Assembly: GCA_951406725.2 (NCBI GenBank)
Contig: OX597817.1
Coordinates: 97,526,001-97,590,000 of the forward strand
DNA: 64,000 bases
Direction: 5' to 3'
Source of the DNA: Octopus vulgaris
Lineage: Eukaryota
Shown: piece after piece, positions 41,520 through 53,795 of the stretch
Layout: each line of letters starts with the position of its first letter
Numbering within the stretch: the stretch's first letter is position 1
Notes under the pieces: generated by a model
The model's input: the letters and a program-made list of their open reading frames with translations, nothing else
The model's database searches: none
What the model was told of the DNA's origin: nothing
Program-made: the position numbers and the translations under genes

Positions 41520-41822
41520 GAAATGGATAAGAAGCAAAGTTGACCTCAGCGGTATTTGAACTCAGAACATAAACACAGGCAAAATACCTATTTCTTTACT
41601 ACCCACAAGGGGCTAAACACAGAGAGGACAAACAAGGACAGACAAAGGAATTAAGTTGATTATATTGACCCCAGTGTGTAACTGGTATTTATTTAATCGA
41701 CCCCGAAAGGATGAAAGGCAATGTCAACCATGGCGGAATTTGGACTCAGAACATAGCGGCAGACAAAATACCGCTAAGCATTTCACCCAGCATGCTAACG
41801 TTTCTGCCAGCTCACTGCCTTA
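41520..41822 (-). mobile_element. Full-length Meta-like SINE
   Basis: Minus strand aaggcagtgagctggcagaaacgttagc...gcctttcatcctttcggggtcga...gtagtaaagaaataggt. Confidence 0.8.
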
Positions 41823-42550
41823 GAATGTAAACATTCATTTTAGCAATATATTCTTTAATATTCTTATTGATAAGCGTTACTTCCTTACTCTCTTACTTAC
41901 ACGAAATTTCATGGTATTTCACCCCATAACTTTTCTCCTACTAATTTTTGTTCAATGCAACTAACAACTCTGAATTCCTCATACATTTTTGTACCATTTA
42001 AGCCAAAGAAAAGTATACTTTTATTTATGTTAATTTAAGGTGAATAGGTACCTTACTGCCTCCCCCACCAGGTCGCAGATATTTTGATGCAACTTTTTTC
42101 TACTGAACCAAATCTCAAACTATTTATGCCAAAGTGTAGCTGAGGAGGTGTCCTCTTTAAAACTGTTAACAGTTTGCAATTTAGTTGAGAACTGAATTAG
42201 TGGTGAAGCTTGGAAGCTGCTGCGATTGACAAAATGGTGGACTCAGGAATATATTCAACCACTACCATGATTGAATGATATCCTTGCATTTGGATACCTG
42301 ATTTAATGAAGTGGAGGCAAAGTAATGTATTCACATAATGTACTACTGCTATGTAAGACCCCAAATGCCCTCTGTTATCACAACAATAACGTTACTCTTT
42401 ATAAGAGTTCAATGAGTTCATCTTTTAATCACACAGAAGTGTTAATGTCTATCACCATAACAAATAAATAAAAAGATTTTCAGTAAAAATTTATCTTTAT
42501 TTAACAACTGTAAATTTTGAGAAAAAATATTTAAACCCAATAATCTCTTT

Positions 42551-42556
42551 TTTATT
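42551..42556 (-). terminator. Candidate polyadenylation signal of the PAF-AH gene
   Basis: AATAAA on the minus strand ~240 nt after the stop; a second one lies near 42497. AT-rich context makes this weak. Confidence 0.35.
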
Positions 42557-42795
42557 ACTTTAGATTTATCTGAACCATGATTTTTAATTAGTGAAGACTG
42601 GAGGGGAATGATTACTTGCACAAAATTTTTCTAATTTTACAAATTAAGAAAATATAATGTAGAAATAACCAATTAATTTCTGTCTCTTTTTTCTTTCAAC
42701 AACCTGATATTATGTGTTGAACTGTTTAAAGGGAATCTGATACATTGTGTTGAACTGTCTGAAGAAAACCTGCAACATTTTATCACAGATGATTT

Positions 42796-42893
42796 TCAGT
42801 GATCAGTTTTTTCCAAATTTACATTGGTTCCACAGATAAGCCATTCATGTTTTCCTGTCAGCAAGTCTTCATGTAATTCTTTATCAGTAATAC
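42796..42893 (-). CDS. PLA2G7: PAF acetylhydrolase last coding exon
   Basis: ttctcttttag|GT. GITDKELHEDLLTGKHEWLICGTNVNLEKTDH-stop resembles the human C-terminal ...LIEGDDENLIPGTNIN; phase matches the previous exon. Confidence 0.85.
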
Positions 42894-43069
42894 CTAAAAG
42901 AGAAATGAAGTTCATTTGTTAGACAATGTTGTATAGAAAGTTATTCCTAATGCCGTCTGCCTTAAATCTTTACATCTTTTTACAGAAGACCTATATACCT
43001 CTGTACCTCCCTTTAAAAGTTTTTTAAAAGAATATTTGTATAATGTTCAAATACAAGTGGCATTTTCCT

Positions 43070-43336
43070 TGTTTCTGCCTGTCTCTGTGTCTCTTGCTTA
43101 CTCTTGTGGGTTGGAGGTCATTGTGAATTCTTGGTAGAGGAGGAGGAGAAGAAGAAGAATGTGGGAGTACAAGACAGTAGTATGTTGAATGGTTTTTGGG
43201 GGCTGCTGACCATTCAACATACTACTGTCATGGTACTCCCACATTCATCTTCTCCTCCTCCTCCTCCTCTACCAAAAATTCACAATGACCTCCAACCCAC
43301 AAGAGTAAGCAAGAGACACAGAGACAGGCAGAAACA
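43070..43336. repeat. Long near-perfect hairpin (arms 43070-43193 and 43209-43336, 15-nt loop)
   Basis: Direct reverse-complement match of the two arms. Confidence 0.92.
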
Positions 43337-43559
43337 GTCCATAGTAGTAGTCACTGTTCAATTCATGAAACATCTCTTTTGAATATTTTTTTTACAAAAT
43401 TTGCATAGGTGTTATTCTAAACAACAATAGTGGTAAGGTTAAGAAGGAAACAAAGAAGGAGGAGAAGGAAGAATAAGAAGGAATGTAGGTAGTGTGAAAG
43501 TAGTAAGGTGTTAAATGTTCAAATGACTTAAAATTGGCACGTTATGGATTATAGCAGTG

Positions 43560-44600
43560 ATTGGGACTGTTTTTTAATGAATTGTTGGGAATCTCTTGAG
43601 TGTATCATTTTTAATATTTGCGTGTGTATTTGTGTTATTCTAAGGCATTGGTGGATATGTTGTTTGTTGTAGACGCATTCAAAAAGGGTCTGTATTTCGT
43701 AATAAAGAGTCTCTTTACTAATTCGTTGGCTCCAGGTTGCATCATCCTTGAATTGGTAGAGGGGAAAAATTCTGAAGCTTGGATTTTTGTTATTGGTGCA
43801 AATGTCTGTGTTGGCTGAATGCTATTTTTCTGTTTTGGGGAATTTTGATCTGGTATCTGTGCAGAGCCATTCTTTTACGTAGACTGATTTTTGTTTGGCC
43901 TATGTATCGCTCTTGACACCCAGAGCAGGTTAGTGTATATATAAGGTTCTCCGAAGCACATGTGAAGTTGCTTTTCCCTGTGAAACGTTGTCACTGTTTG
44001 AAGGAGAACTTTGATCCCTCAATTAAATTGACGCATGTCCCACAGTTGGGTCTTCCGCATTTTTTTACTGACGGCTTCTGTGTTGTTGAGCGTATTCGGG
44101 CTTGTGTTAGGAGACTTGGGTTGTCTCTTGCTTTTATGATGGTGTGTGTTTGGAGGACTAAAATTCTTTCTGTGGGTATGTTTTGGAGGATGGTGTCGAA
44201 GGCTTCATTGTTGAGAGGGTTGTGTGTGGAGATGTGTGATAAGGCTTTTGGTTGTAAATCTCTCTTTAATTTGGGATGTCTGCGTTCCTGAATGTTGAGT
44301 TGAAGGGCATGTTGAAAGCATATGTCAATTAGTGAAGGTGGGTAGTTCCTGGTGATGAGTGTATCCTTTAGTTCATGTAGTCATGTATCTCTGGTGCTTG
44401 CGTTAGAAACTATGGTACATATCCTTTTTGCTAGGTTGAAGGACATATTCATTCTGGTGTGTCTGGGGTGGCATGAGTTGAACGGTAGATATTGCTTGGA
44501 ATCTGTAGGCTTATAGTATATATCTGTTTCTAATACATTGTTAGATTTCTTAATGAGGATGTCGAGGAAGGGAAGTTGTTGCTGGCTATATTCAGCGAAT
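43560..44600 (-). mobile_element. Penelope-like element 3' part (RT C-terminus plus GIY-YIG endonuclease), degenerate
   Basis: LPFLDILI...TDIYYKPTDSKQYLPFNSCHP; FTCASENLIYTLTCSGCQERYIGQT. Confidence 0.88.
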
Positions 44601-47372
44601 TTGATTTCACTTGCCTGAACAGGTCTTTGCAAGCAGAGCTTAGTGTCCAATGAAAGAAAGGCATGCATAAGTGGGCTGGTTACACCCCTGATATAGGCTA
44701 CGAGGTTATGGTCTCACTTGGCTTGCTGGGTCTTCTCAAGTACAGCATATTTCCAAAGGTCCCGGTCACTAGTCATTGCCTCCGTGAGGCCTAATGTTCA
44801 AAGGTTGTGCTTCACCACCTCGTCCCAGGTCTTCCTGGGTCTACCTCTTCCGCAGGTTCCCTCAAAAGCTAGGGAGTGGCACGTTTTCACACAGCTATTC
44901 TCATCCATTCTCACCACATGACCATACCAGCGCAGTCGTCTCTCTTGCATACCACATCTGATGCTTCTTAGGTCCAACTTTTCTCTCAAGGTACTTACAC
45001 TCTGTCGAGTATGCACACTGACATTACACATCCAATGGAGTATACTGGCTTCATTCCTTGCGAGCTTACGCATGTCCTCAGCAGTCATGACCCATATTTT
45101 ACTGCCATGTAGCATGGCTGTTCATATACATACGTCATACAGTCAACCTTTTACTCTGAGTGAGAGGCCCTTTGTCACCAGCAGAGGTAAGAGCTCTCTG
45201 AACTTTGCCCAGGCTATTCTTATTCTAGCAGCTACACTTTCAGCGCACCCTCCCCTGCTACTGACTTGGTCACCTAGGTAACTGAAGCTATCAACTACTT
45301 CTAGTTTTTCTCCCTAGAATGTGGCAGAAGTTGTTCTCTGCACATTTTCAGTGTTTATTGCTCCTGAGCATCTGCCACATGCAAAAACTATCTTCCCAGT
45401 TAGCCTTCTTTTGATATTGCTGCACCTCGTCTGTGTTCATAGCTTACACTGGGTACATCTTATAGAGTTTCTACCTATGCTTTTCCTACACATCGAGCAG
45501 GGCCATCTCTCTGAAGGGATTTGTGGTTTGCTTGCCTTCCTACTTATTAGGACTTTGGTTTTAGCTAGGTTGACTTAAGGGCCCTTCAATTCTAATCCTT
45601 GTTTCCACACCTGAAACTTCTCTAGTTCTGATAGTGACTCAGCAATTAGAGCAAGGTCATCAGCATAGAGGAGCTCCCAGGAGCATCCTGTTTTTAATTC
45701 CTCTGTTATTGCCTGGAGGACTATGATAAATAGGAGGGGATTAAGGATTGGTGGACCCCTACCTCTACTCGGAATTCTTCACTGTACTCATTGCCAACCC
45801 TCACCTTTCTGACAGCGTCCCTGTACATGGCTTGCACAGCTCTCACTAACTATTCATCTATCCCTAGTTTCCTCATTGACCACCAGATAAGGGATCAGGG
45901 GACCCTGTCAAAGGTTTTCTCCGTGGCAACGAAAGCCAGGTACAGAGGTTTATCTTTGGCTAGGTATTTTTCCTCAGTTGTCTTACCACAAACATAGCAT
46001 CAGTGGTGCTTTTCCCTGGCACTAACCCAAACTGCATCTCATCTAAACTGACTCTCTCCCTAATTAGTTGGGCTATGATCTTCTCCATGACCTTCATTAC
46101 CTGATCCAACAACTTGGTACCTCTGTAATTATTTGTGTCTAAAGCGTCACTTTTACCGTTGCAGCATTTGACTATAGTGCTGCTACACCAGTCATTGGGT
46201 ATGACTCCTTCATGTATCACCTGGTTAACTATACGGGTGACTAGGCTATAGCTGACACTGCCAGATATTTTGAGCATCTCTGCAGTGATTCCTGATGGGC
46301 CAGGGGCTTTCCCTGTCTTCATACTCTTAATTGCTTTATCTACCAAGGTACTGTCAACTCGGATAGCTGGTCCCTCTGTTGGGTCGACATTCGGCAGACT
46401 CTTTTTCTCCCATTCATTTTCTTTAACGAGCAATCTTTCATAGTAACATCACCAAACCTCTCTCTTTGCAGCCTTGTTTAGTGCAAGTGAGCCATCATCC
46501 ATGCAGACACATTTCTCTCCTACAACATCACGATTCTCTCTCAAACACTGGCTTACAATACAAAATACCTCCAGTCTTTGGTCCTCATGGCACAGAACAT
46601 TGGCAAATTTTTTCTTATCCGCTTTCCCTCTCGCTAAGTAAACCTGTCTCCTAGCTTCTCTTTTCGCAGTCTGATACAATTCCCTGCTACCACTGTTCTT
46701 CCAGTCCTCCCAAGCCTGTTTCTTTTCTCTAATAACCCTGTCAACAACATTGTTCCACCACCACGTTATTTTGGGTTGAGAGGGGACTTTGCACTGTCCA
46801 TAGATCTGTCAGTGGCCCTCAGCATGTTGCCCCATAGAAACTGCCAGTTGTCTTCTACATCATGTGATGCTATATCCCCTTCTATTTTGTCAAAGGCTTT
46901 GAGTAATATGTCTCTAAATTTCTGTCCATTTGCAAGATTTTTAAGCTTCCAGACCCTTCTCCTCCATGCTGGTCATATTCTGGGCATCCACTTAGCACTG
47001 ATCCTGAAGTCATTAACTACCAGTCTATGTTGTGGGGTACATTCTTCGCCTGGGGAAGGTTTGGGCATTTATAAGCAACCATCTTTCCCCTTTTCTGGTG
47101 AGGATGTAGTCAATTTGGCTAGTGTGTCTGCCAGAATGGTAGGTGACTGGCAGGTTTCCTGAAGTTAGTGTTGCAAACCATATGGTCATTTCCATCGCAG
47201 AACTCCAGCAGCCTGGTTCCCTCCTCATTGCAGGAACCAAAACCGTAGCCTCCATGTACGCTATGGAAGCCCCCTGTGAGTTGTCCAACATGTCCAATGA
47301 AGTCACCAGCCACAAAGAGAAGGTCCCTGTCATTCGTCAACGAGGTAGTCTGCAAGAGGGTGTCATAGAATT
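44600..47372 (-). mobile_element. 5'-truncated degenerate RTE LINE
   Basis: Same family as 61570-64000 (partial EN, RT, PHD, RGRPRKTW C-terminus) with frameshifts. Confidence 0.9.
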
Positions 47373-47384
47373 AGGTGGGCAATG

Positions 47385-47815
47385 TGTACAGTGAAAAAAG
47401 TGGCTGAGTTCCTTTCAAGTATTGGGCCTCACAGAGGCAATGACCAAGACCTTTGGTATTATGTCATGCTTGAGAAGACCCATCAAGCCAAGCAAAATTG
47501 CAGTCATGGCAGATAGCAGTGTCACACAAATTGGCACCTGTACCAGTGGCATGTAAATGCACCCCAGTGTCACACAAATTGGTACCTGTGCCGGTGACAT
47601 GTAAATGCTCCCCGGTGTCATGCAAATGGCACCCATACCAGTGGTACATAAAAAACATCCATTACACTCTTGGAGTGGTTGGCATTAGGAAGGGCATCCA
47701 GCCATAGAAAACTGCGAAATCAGATGGAGTCTAGTACAGCCTTCTAGCGTGTCAGCCCAGTCAAACTGTCCAATCCAAGCCAGCATGGACAACAGACATT
47801 AAATGATGATGATAA
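47385..47815 (+). mobile_element. RTE 3'-end fragment with (TGA)n tail
   Basis: ORF end LGLTEAMT, 3'UTR repeats, tail acattaaatgatgatgat. Shorter tail fragments at 17282-17450 (-) and 51295-51452 (+). Confidence 0.75.
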
Positions 47816-48018
47816 TTTAGGTGACATGCAGACTGATTGATTATGGTATGAATGTTATGATGGAACAAAAAGAAAATGGTGTGTCTGTAAATACATAGGA
47901 CAGATTGATGATAATCTTTACATTCTCAACTTCCATACAATAGAATGTCTGCTCAATGATTTATTTTAATGTGGATATTTTACTTAAAAAAAAATACAAA
48001 AATAGACCATGAACTTAC

Positions 48019-48167
48019 CAATAATTTTACAAAGAAATCCTTGCACTATTTTTCCAGTTATGTCTATAGCATCCTTTGGTGCTAAATTGTGACAGAATTT
48101 CATGATCCGACCCATATAGTGGTTGCAAAGGAACTGGAAGTCTGTGCTGCTTTGGTGACAAGTTCCT
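48019..48167 (-). CDS. PLA2G7: PAF acetylhydrolase exon with catalytic His
   Basis: tttaacag|A...G|gtaagt. GTCHQSSTDFQFLCNHYMGRIMKFCHNLAPKDAIDITGKIVQGFLCKII matches human GSVHQNFADFTF...AIDLSNKASLAFLQKHL. Confidence 0.92.
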
Positions 48168-49264
48168 CTGTTAAAGAAAATGTAAAGAATAGTGAGGGAA
48201 ACCTTTTGATAAATATATTATCATCAACTATAGCAACAAATTGGAAGAATTTTTAGTACATTGGTTAAAATGTTTTGTGTTGTTTGTTCTAGTTCTTTAC
48301 GTTCTGATTTTAAATTCTGCCAAAGCCAACTTTGCCTTTCATTCCTGCAGAGTTAGTAAAACATAGTCCGATACTAGGTTGATATAATTTTCCAAAATGT
48401 CTGTTACATTCTGAGTTCAAATTACCGAGTGGACAAATAATACCAACAATAACAATTCAATCTGCTATACCATGCCACCTTGTCTCCTATAAATTTGTGG
48501 ACATACATCTACCAATGTAAATCATTAAATGCTTGTCACTCTGTCATTAAATATTGCCAAAAACAGTAACTGCCCTAAATACTCCGAGATTATATTTCAG
48601 TCACCCAAGCCTCATCCACATGGATAACTCACATCAAAATAGCACCGTTTGAGGACAGAGACCTCAAAAACATCCTACCATGATGGAAATTTGATCTCCT
48701 TCAACAAATACACAGTCATTAGACATATAAGATAATATTGCACCTCATCTCTTAAAATATGAGTAACACACAACTAGAATTCTCAAGGACACTACACCTG
48801 GCCTCACCATTACTGAGGATCTCCTCTGTTAACATGCATATTCAACATAGCAAAGTTCATTCTTAGGGTCAGAAAATATTTCAACCCCATTCAACTCCTA
48901 AATTTCTGTTGAACTGATGTGGAACCCACAATGGAATACTGCCCCATCTAGGACAGTGCAAAAACCCCACCCAGGACATTCAAATCTCTGGCTCACAAAT
49001 GTGCCTCCTCTTCTTACTGCTTTTTCTACAGCTGTTTCTATAGTGGACTCTGCTCTTTGAAGATGGTTAGTGTCAAACTAACTCCATTCCTCACTCACTT
49101 GTATCTCCTCACCCACTGTGTTGCCTCACCATCACTAACCACTTCCTTCCCAGAATGTTGGCACTCAGGAATATCCTCTCTGCCCATGTTTTCCATGCAG
49201 CTATCAACTTGTGACTATTCAAAAGAAATATTAACTGTGTCGATCTCACCTATGAAAAACTTAC

Positions 49265-49435
49265 AATATTGTCAACATAATTCTGTTTTGTTGTGTGCAT
49301 TCAAGGTTTTTCATTTTCAGGACATTTCTTTTCCACTGAAAGGTTTCTGTATTAAGCATTAAAACTGGCTGAGTAACTTGAGCATAAATATTGTCCTCCA
49401 AGGGTAACATCCAACCATCCAACACCACTCCAGCT
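49265..49435 (-). CDS. PLA2G7: PAF acetylhydrolase exon with catalytic Asp
   Basis: ccaccag|A...TT|gtaagt. AGVVLDGWMLPLEDNIYAQVTQPVLMLNTETFQWKRNVLKMKNLECTQQNRIMLTI matches human CGIALDAWMFPL...PQPLFFINSEYFQ (recalled). Confidence 0.93.
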
Positions 49436-50422
49436 CTGGTGGTAGAAAGTAAACAGATACAATGGTTTTAACATATAAACAGCCTGGGATTAATTCAACA
49501 TCAGTTTATTAATGGGCCTGCCCTGATAGCCCCAACCTGATATAGTAATGGCAGAATGAATAACTTGCACTTCTACATGGTCACTCAAACTACTAGAAAC
49601 TGTAGCCAAATCTTCCTCAAATCACAATTTCTTAATAACAAAAGTACCATTGGATATATGTATCCTTAGATATACTATGGCTGAAAAAAGATGAGATGGT
49701 CATGACTGAAATGCTGTTGATTATAGATATGAAAACCTAATAAAAAGTATATTCATAGCAATGTATTTTTACTTTTCTTGTGTGGTGCCTATTTATGTGG
49801 ACCAGGTTATTGTTATGGCTCAGAGTCCAATGCAGAGTGACAGTATAAGCATGTTATACTTCCTCTACTGTTTAGTCTGGAGATGACACCATATGTATTA
49901 ACCTGTTAACATAACATGCCAACACTTTGAATTAACTTTGTACCTTGTCTTTTACAGACCTCCAGGTTTGGAGTTTAGTTCCTGATGAAACTATTAAAAA
50001 AACTGTTAAAATTATATTCCCTCTCACTGAAGATATCAATCTGTTTCTTCTCTCCTTTTCCATATTTGTATGAGTCAAACATATTTTGTTGATATTTTGT
50101 TGATAAGTCAATGCCACAACTAAATCTCCCTCACATCGCATTCTGCTATCTTAAAAATAAAAGAACACACTGAGTAAGGTAGACAACTGTATGAATAACA
50201 GACAGGATGGTCATAGCTGGATTGGTTTTGATCATTGATTTATTCAGTGAGAGCTGACCTTGGGTTTCACGACAGGTAGATGCCTGTGTAGCAGGATTGA
50301 CTGCTATTCAATAGAAAAAAGAACAAAATATAAGAAAATCTATACTTTATTGATGTAAGTTATTTATAACAAGTAAATGAATAATTAAATATTGTAAAAG
50401 TGAAGGATTTTTAAATATTTAC

Positions 50423-50514
50423 CTAAACCTTTTGTCTTTAGCAAGGACCATAATAGTTGTGGCTCCTCCAAAAGAATGTCCAGCAATACATACATTAGAC
50501 AGATCCAAATGTTC
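50423..50514 (-). CDS. PLA2G7: Platelet-activating factor acetylhydrolase (PLA2G7/PAFAH2 family), exon with catalytic Ser
   Basis: tttcag|GAA...AG|gtaaat. EHLDLSNVCIAGHSFGGATTIMVLAKDKRFR contains the GHSFG nucleophile elbow. Upstream exons were not found in the window. Orthology to PLA2G7 versus PAFAH2 is unresolved. Confidence 0.92.
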
Positions 50515-51599
50515 CTGAAATATTAGTAGTGGTTTTGTTTATATTCTTAGACTAGAATTATATTTCCTTGGTAAACATTAAGCATCAGTTAATAATTACA
50601 TCTGTTGTATAATTATATTAAATATCCGTTAATAACTATAATTGATGTCTAATTATGTTAGATATCAGATAATAATTATATTAGTCCAAGAGTGAACGGC
50701 AAAAAAAATCTGAATTGTCACACAACAGAACTGTCACAACATCTGAACTGTCACACAACTGCCACACAACAGACTTCACAACACACTGCACTGCTACACA
50801 ACTCACACTACTATCACATTACAAATCTACTGTCAAACAACATACCTTACAACAACACTGCCACATAAACTACACTTGAGCTAATGAAGGAATCTATGTA
50901 TAAGCTGTCAGTCAATCTACTGGAAATAGTAGTTAAAATCACTTAAATTACACTAAAATCATTAAAAACAGGAAGACAAATATTGAATAACACCCCCCTT
51001 GATATATTGTGTTCTAAAAAAGAGACAGGATAATTAAATTAAAATAACAACCTAGTCCACCTTTGAACTTCCAATTGAGCAGGAGACTCAAATATTCATT
51101 CTTCTAGACTCTACCTTTCACAGGAATTGTCGCTTTTCTCTAAAAGCTGAACAAACTAACTTACATGGAACGTGTGGTCATTTGTCATGTACTATGTACC
51201 TGTGCCACGTGGTGTTACTTAAACAATATATATAGCCATCTATCACATATACGTGAGAGAAGACTCAGCATAGTTACTTATACTACAAATAGTACATCGA
51301 ATGGTTGATATTAGGAAGGGCATCCAGCCATAAAAACCATGCCAAAACAGACATTGGAGCTCGGTGCAGTCCTCTGGCTTGTCAACTCCTGTCAAACCAT
51401 CCAATCCATGCCAGGATAGAAGATGGACATTAAATGATGATAATGATGATGTACCACAGGATGATATAGTTCATTATTGTAGTATGTAACACAGGGTGGT
51501 ATGATTCACTGCTACAGTAGGCATCACTGTGTGCCAGCAATAGTATAAGAATCACTGACCTGTTTACTGGTTGTCTACTAACTTTTCAAACTGGTCATT

Positions 51600-53500
51600 C
51601 CTCTAGACCCTTGGTTCCCAAACTTTTTCAAAATTTTTGCCCTACAGACCCCCTCCCATTTTTTTGAGGCTTCGCAGACCCCTGCCCCTACCCCAAAATG
51701 AAAAAATCCAGAAAAGATAAACAAAGCAAAATGACCTTGTATAAAATGATTTTTCATGAGAGATAAAGTTTTACTGATAAAATAAAAAAATTCAGTGAAA
51801 GTGGTGAATTTGTTTGGTTTGTAATTTGTCCTCAATATTACAAATGAGTTTTTGATAATGTGACCCTCACGTCATTGCAACATCCATTTTATTGCGAATC
51901 TTTGTTTTAATTATGAGTAAAGTTGTAAAAGCCATCTCAAATTCATACGTTATTGCAAATGGAACGATGAATTTGAAGGCCAATTTGGCAACATCTGGAT
52001 AGGACTGTGCCATTTCAATCCAGAACTAACTGCAGCACATGTTATGGAAGGTGTCTTTTGCACTTCCATCATTCAGCAAGTTGATGAATTGTTTTTGAAT
52101 GATGTAATCTTCTGACAGAAGGTCAACAACAGAGATTGCAAAGGGATTGGTGATGAAATGATGAACTTCTTTGAAGTTTTGTGGGTCGGGGAGGTATCTT
52201 TGAATTTCAATGTGAAGAATTAAGACATGCTGTTTCATTATGTCAGGGATGTCAGCATCAACTTGAAGGCCATCTTCATCAAGGAAAGTATTGAGGTTTG
52301 GAAATGGTGCAAAATTCTCAAATTACAATTTAGAATGCCACAAATGGAGCTTCATTTTAAATGCAATCATTTTTTCATGACAGTTGACAATGGTGATATC
52401 CTTTTCTTGTAATGCTAAGTTAACAGAATTAACTGATTCAAAAATGTCGACCAAAAAAAGGAGAGACATATAAGGAAACGAATATTGGAGAATTGTCTGT
52501 GCAGTTCTTTTTTAGCACCATAAAGAAATTCATGTATCTCCTTTCATAGAACAAAGACTCTTTTCAGTACTCTCTCCTTTGATAACCACCTCACATGCGA
52601 GTACTGCAAAAGCATTTCAAAATTTGATCCATTCTCCTTGCACAAGTCAGCAAAAAGATGCAAGTTTAGAGGATCGGCTTTGATAAAATTTACCACTTTG
52701 ACCAAATCATTCAAAAGATTCTTCAAATGGTCGGGCATTGTTTTAACCATCAATGCTTGGTGAAGTGTACAATGCATACCAATTGCATTAGGAGACTTCT
52801 CCTTCACTATTGCCTGAAAGCCAGAGCGGCAACTAAGCATTGCTGGAGTACTGTCAGTGCACATGCCAACATGCTCCCAGTTTATGCTATGCATGTTAAA
52901 GAATTGATCCACTTTCTGGAATATATTGTTTGCAGTGGTTCGGGTGTTGAGGGGTTTTGAAAAACAGGAATTCATTTTCCAGGCACTTGTTATGCATGTA
53001 ACATACATAAACATAAAGTTGTGCTAAATCCGCCACATCAGCGGTTTCATCAATTTGGATGGCGACATAGTTAGACATTGATGTTTTTATCTTTGAGATG
53101 ACCTGAGACAAAATATCATCAGACATCTCAGCAATTCATCGACTGACGTTGTTGTTGGAAAGTGAAACATGTTTAAGCTTCTGTAATTCAGACGTTCCAA
53201 GTATGAGTGAAATTATATTTTTGCAGCAAGGAAGAACTAACCCGTCTCCAGTGTTATGAAGTTTTTTTTTTAAGTAGCGATTTTCCTTGAAACCTCGTAG
53301 GAAGCTTTCAGACCAGCTGCAATGTCCTGCATACATATTCCTGTGTCATCAAGCCTGGATTTGACCAATCTGTCGGCTAGGCACCTGAAAAATTCGTCAT
53401 TTTTGTTGACTGCACTGGGATGTTTCATTTCCAAATGCCTCTTTAGCCTGCTGAGCTTCAGTGAAGAAGATGCCAATACCAGTGCTTTTTCCACTACACC
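51600..53500 (-). mobile_element. hAT (Buster/Charlie, ZBED8/SCAND3-like) transposase pseudogene
   Basis: LKRHLEMKHP; AIQIDETADVADLAQL; CTDSTPAM; HCTLHQAL; VRWLSK; C-terminal dimerisation remnant; many frameshifts. Confidence 0.88.
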
Positions 53501-53795
53501 AGCAAGTTTTTATTATTTCTTTTAGGAGACAATTAAGTTTTTTAATTTCTTTTGGGAGACAATTTTTTTTTTTTATTTCTTTTGAGAGACAAGTTTTTTT
53601 TTATTTGTTTTGGGAAACAAAGAAATAAAAACCTTAATTGTCTCCCAAAAGAAATAAAAAACTCAATTGTCTACAAATAAATATAATAAAGATATGTAAA
53701 TGTTGTGCTGTAAATGCACAGAATTTTGTACTATTTCACTCTGTTGAGAAAACTTTGCTACTTTTATCAGTATAAATATATATATAATATATGAT

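Larger units (their letters stand above)
37796..42460 (-). mobile_element. Degenerate Gypsy/Ty3 LTR retrotransposon
   Basis: Direct LTR copies at ~37796-37963 and ~42291-42460; PPT AAAAGGGGAGA at 37964-37974 before TG. Gag remnant (40490-39900), protease LQLDTGSD, RT WASPTVYVKK, RNase H IVASDA, integrase remnants in Gypsy order. Confidence 0.85.

Noticed and set aside
42195-42297. Alternative last exon for PAF-AH (GIQMQGYHS...)
   Set aside because: No similarity to the PAF-AH C-terminus and it abuts a Gypsy LTR; 42796-42893 fits far better.
44600-47815. Twin-priming 5' inversion of a single RTE
   Set aside because: Both pieces include the ORF end and differ in sequence, so two independent insertions are more likely.
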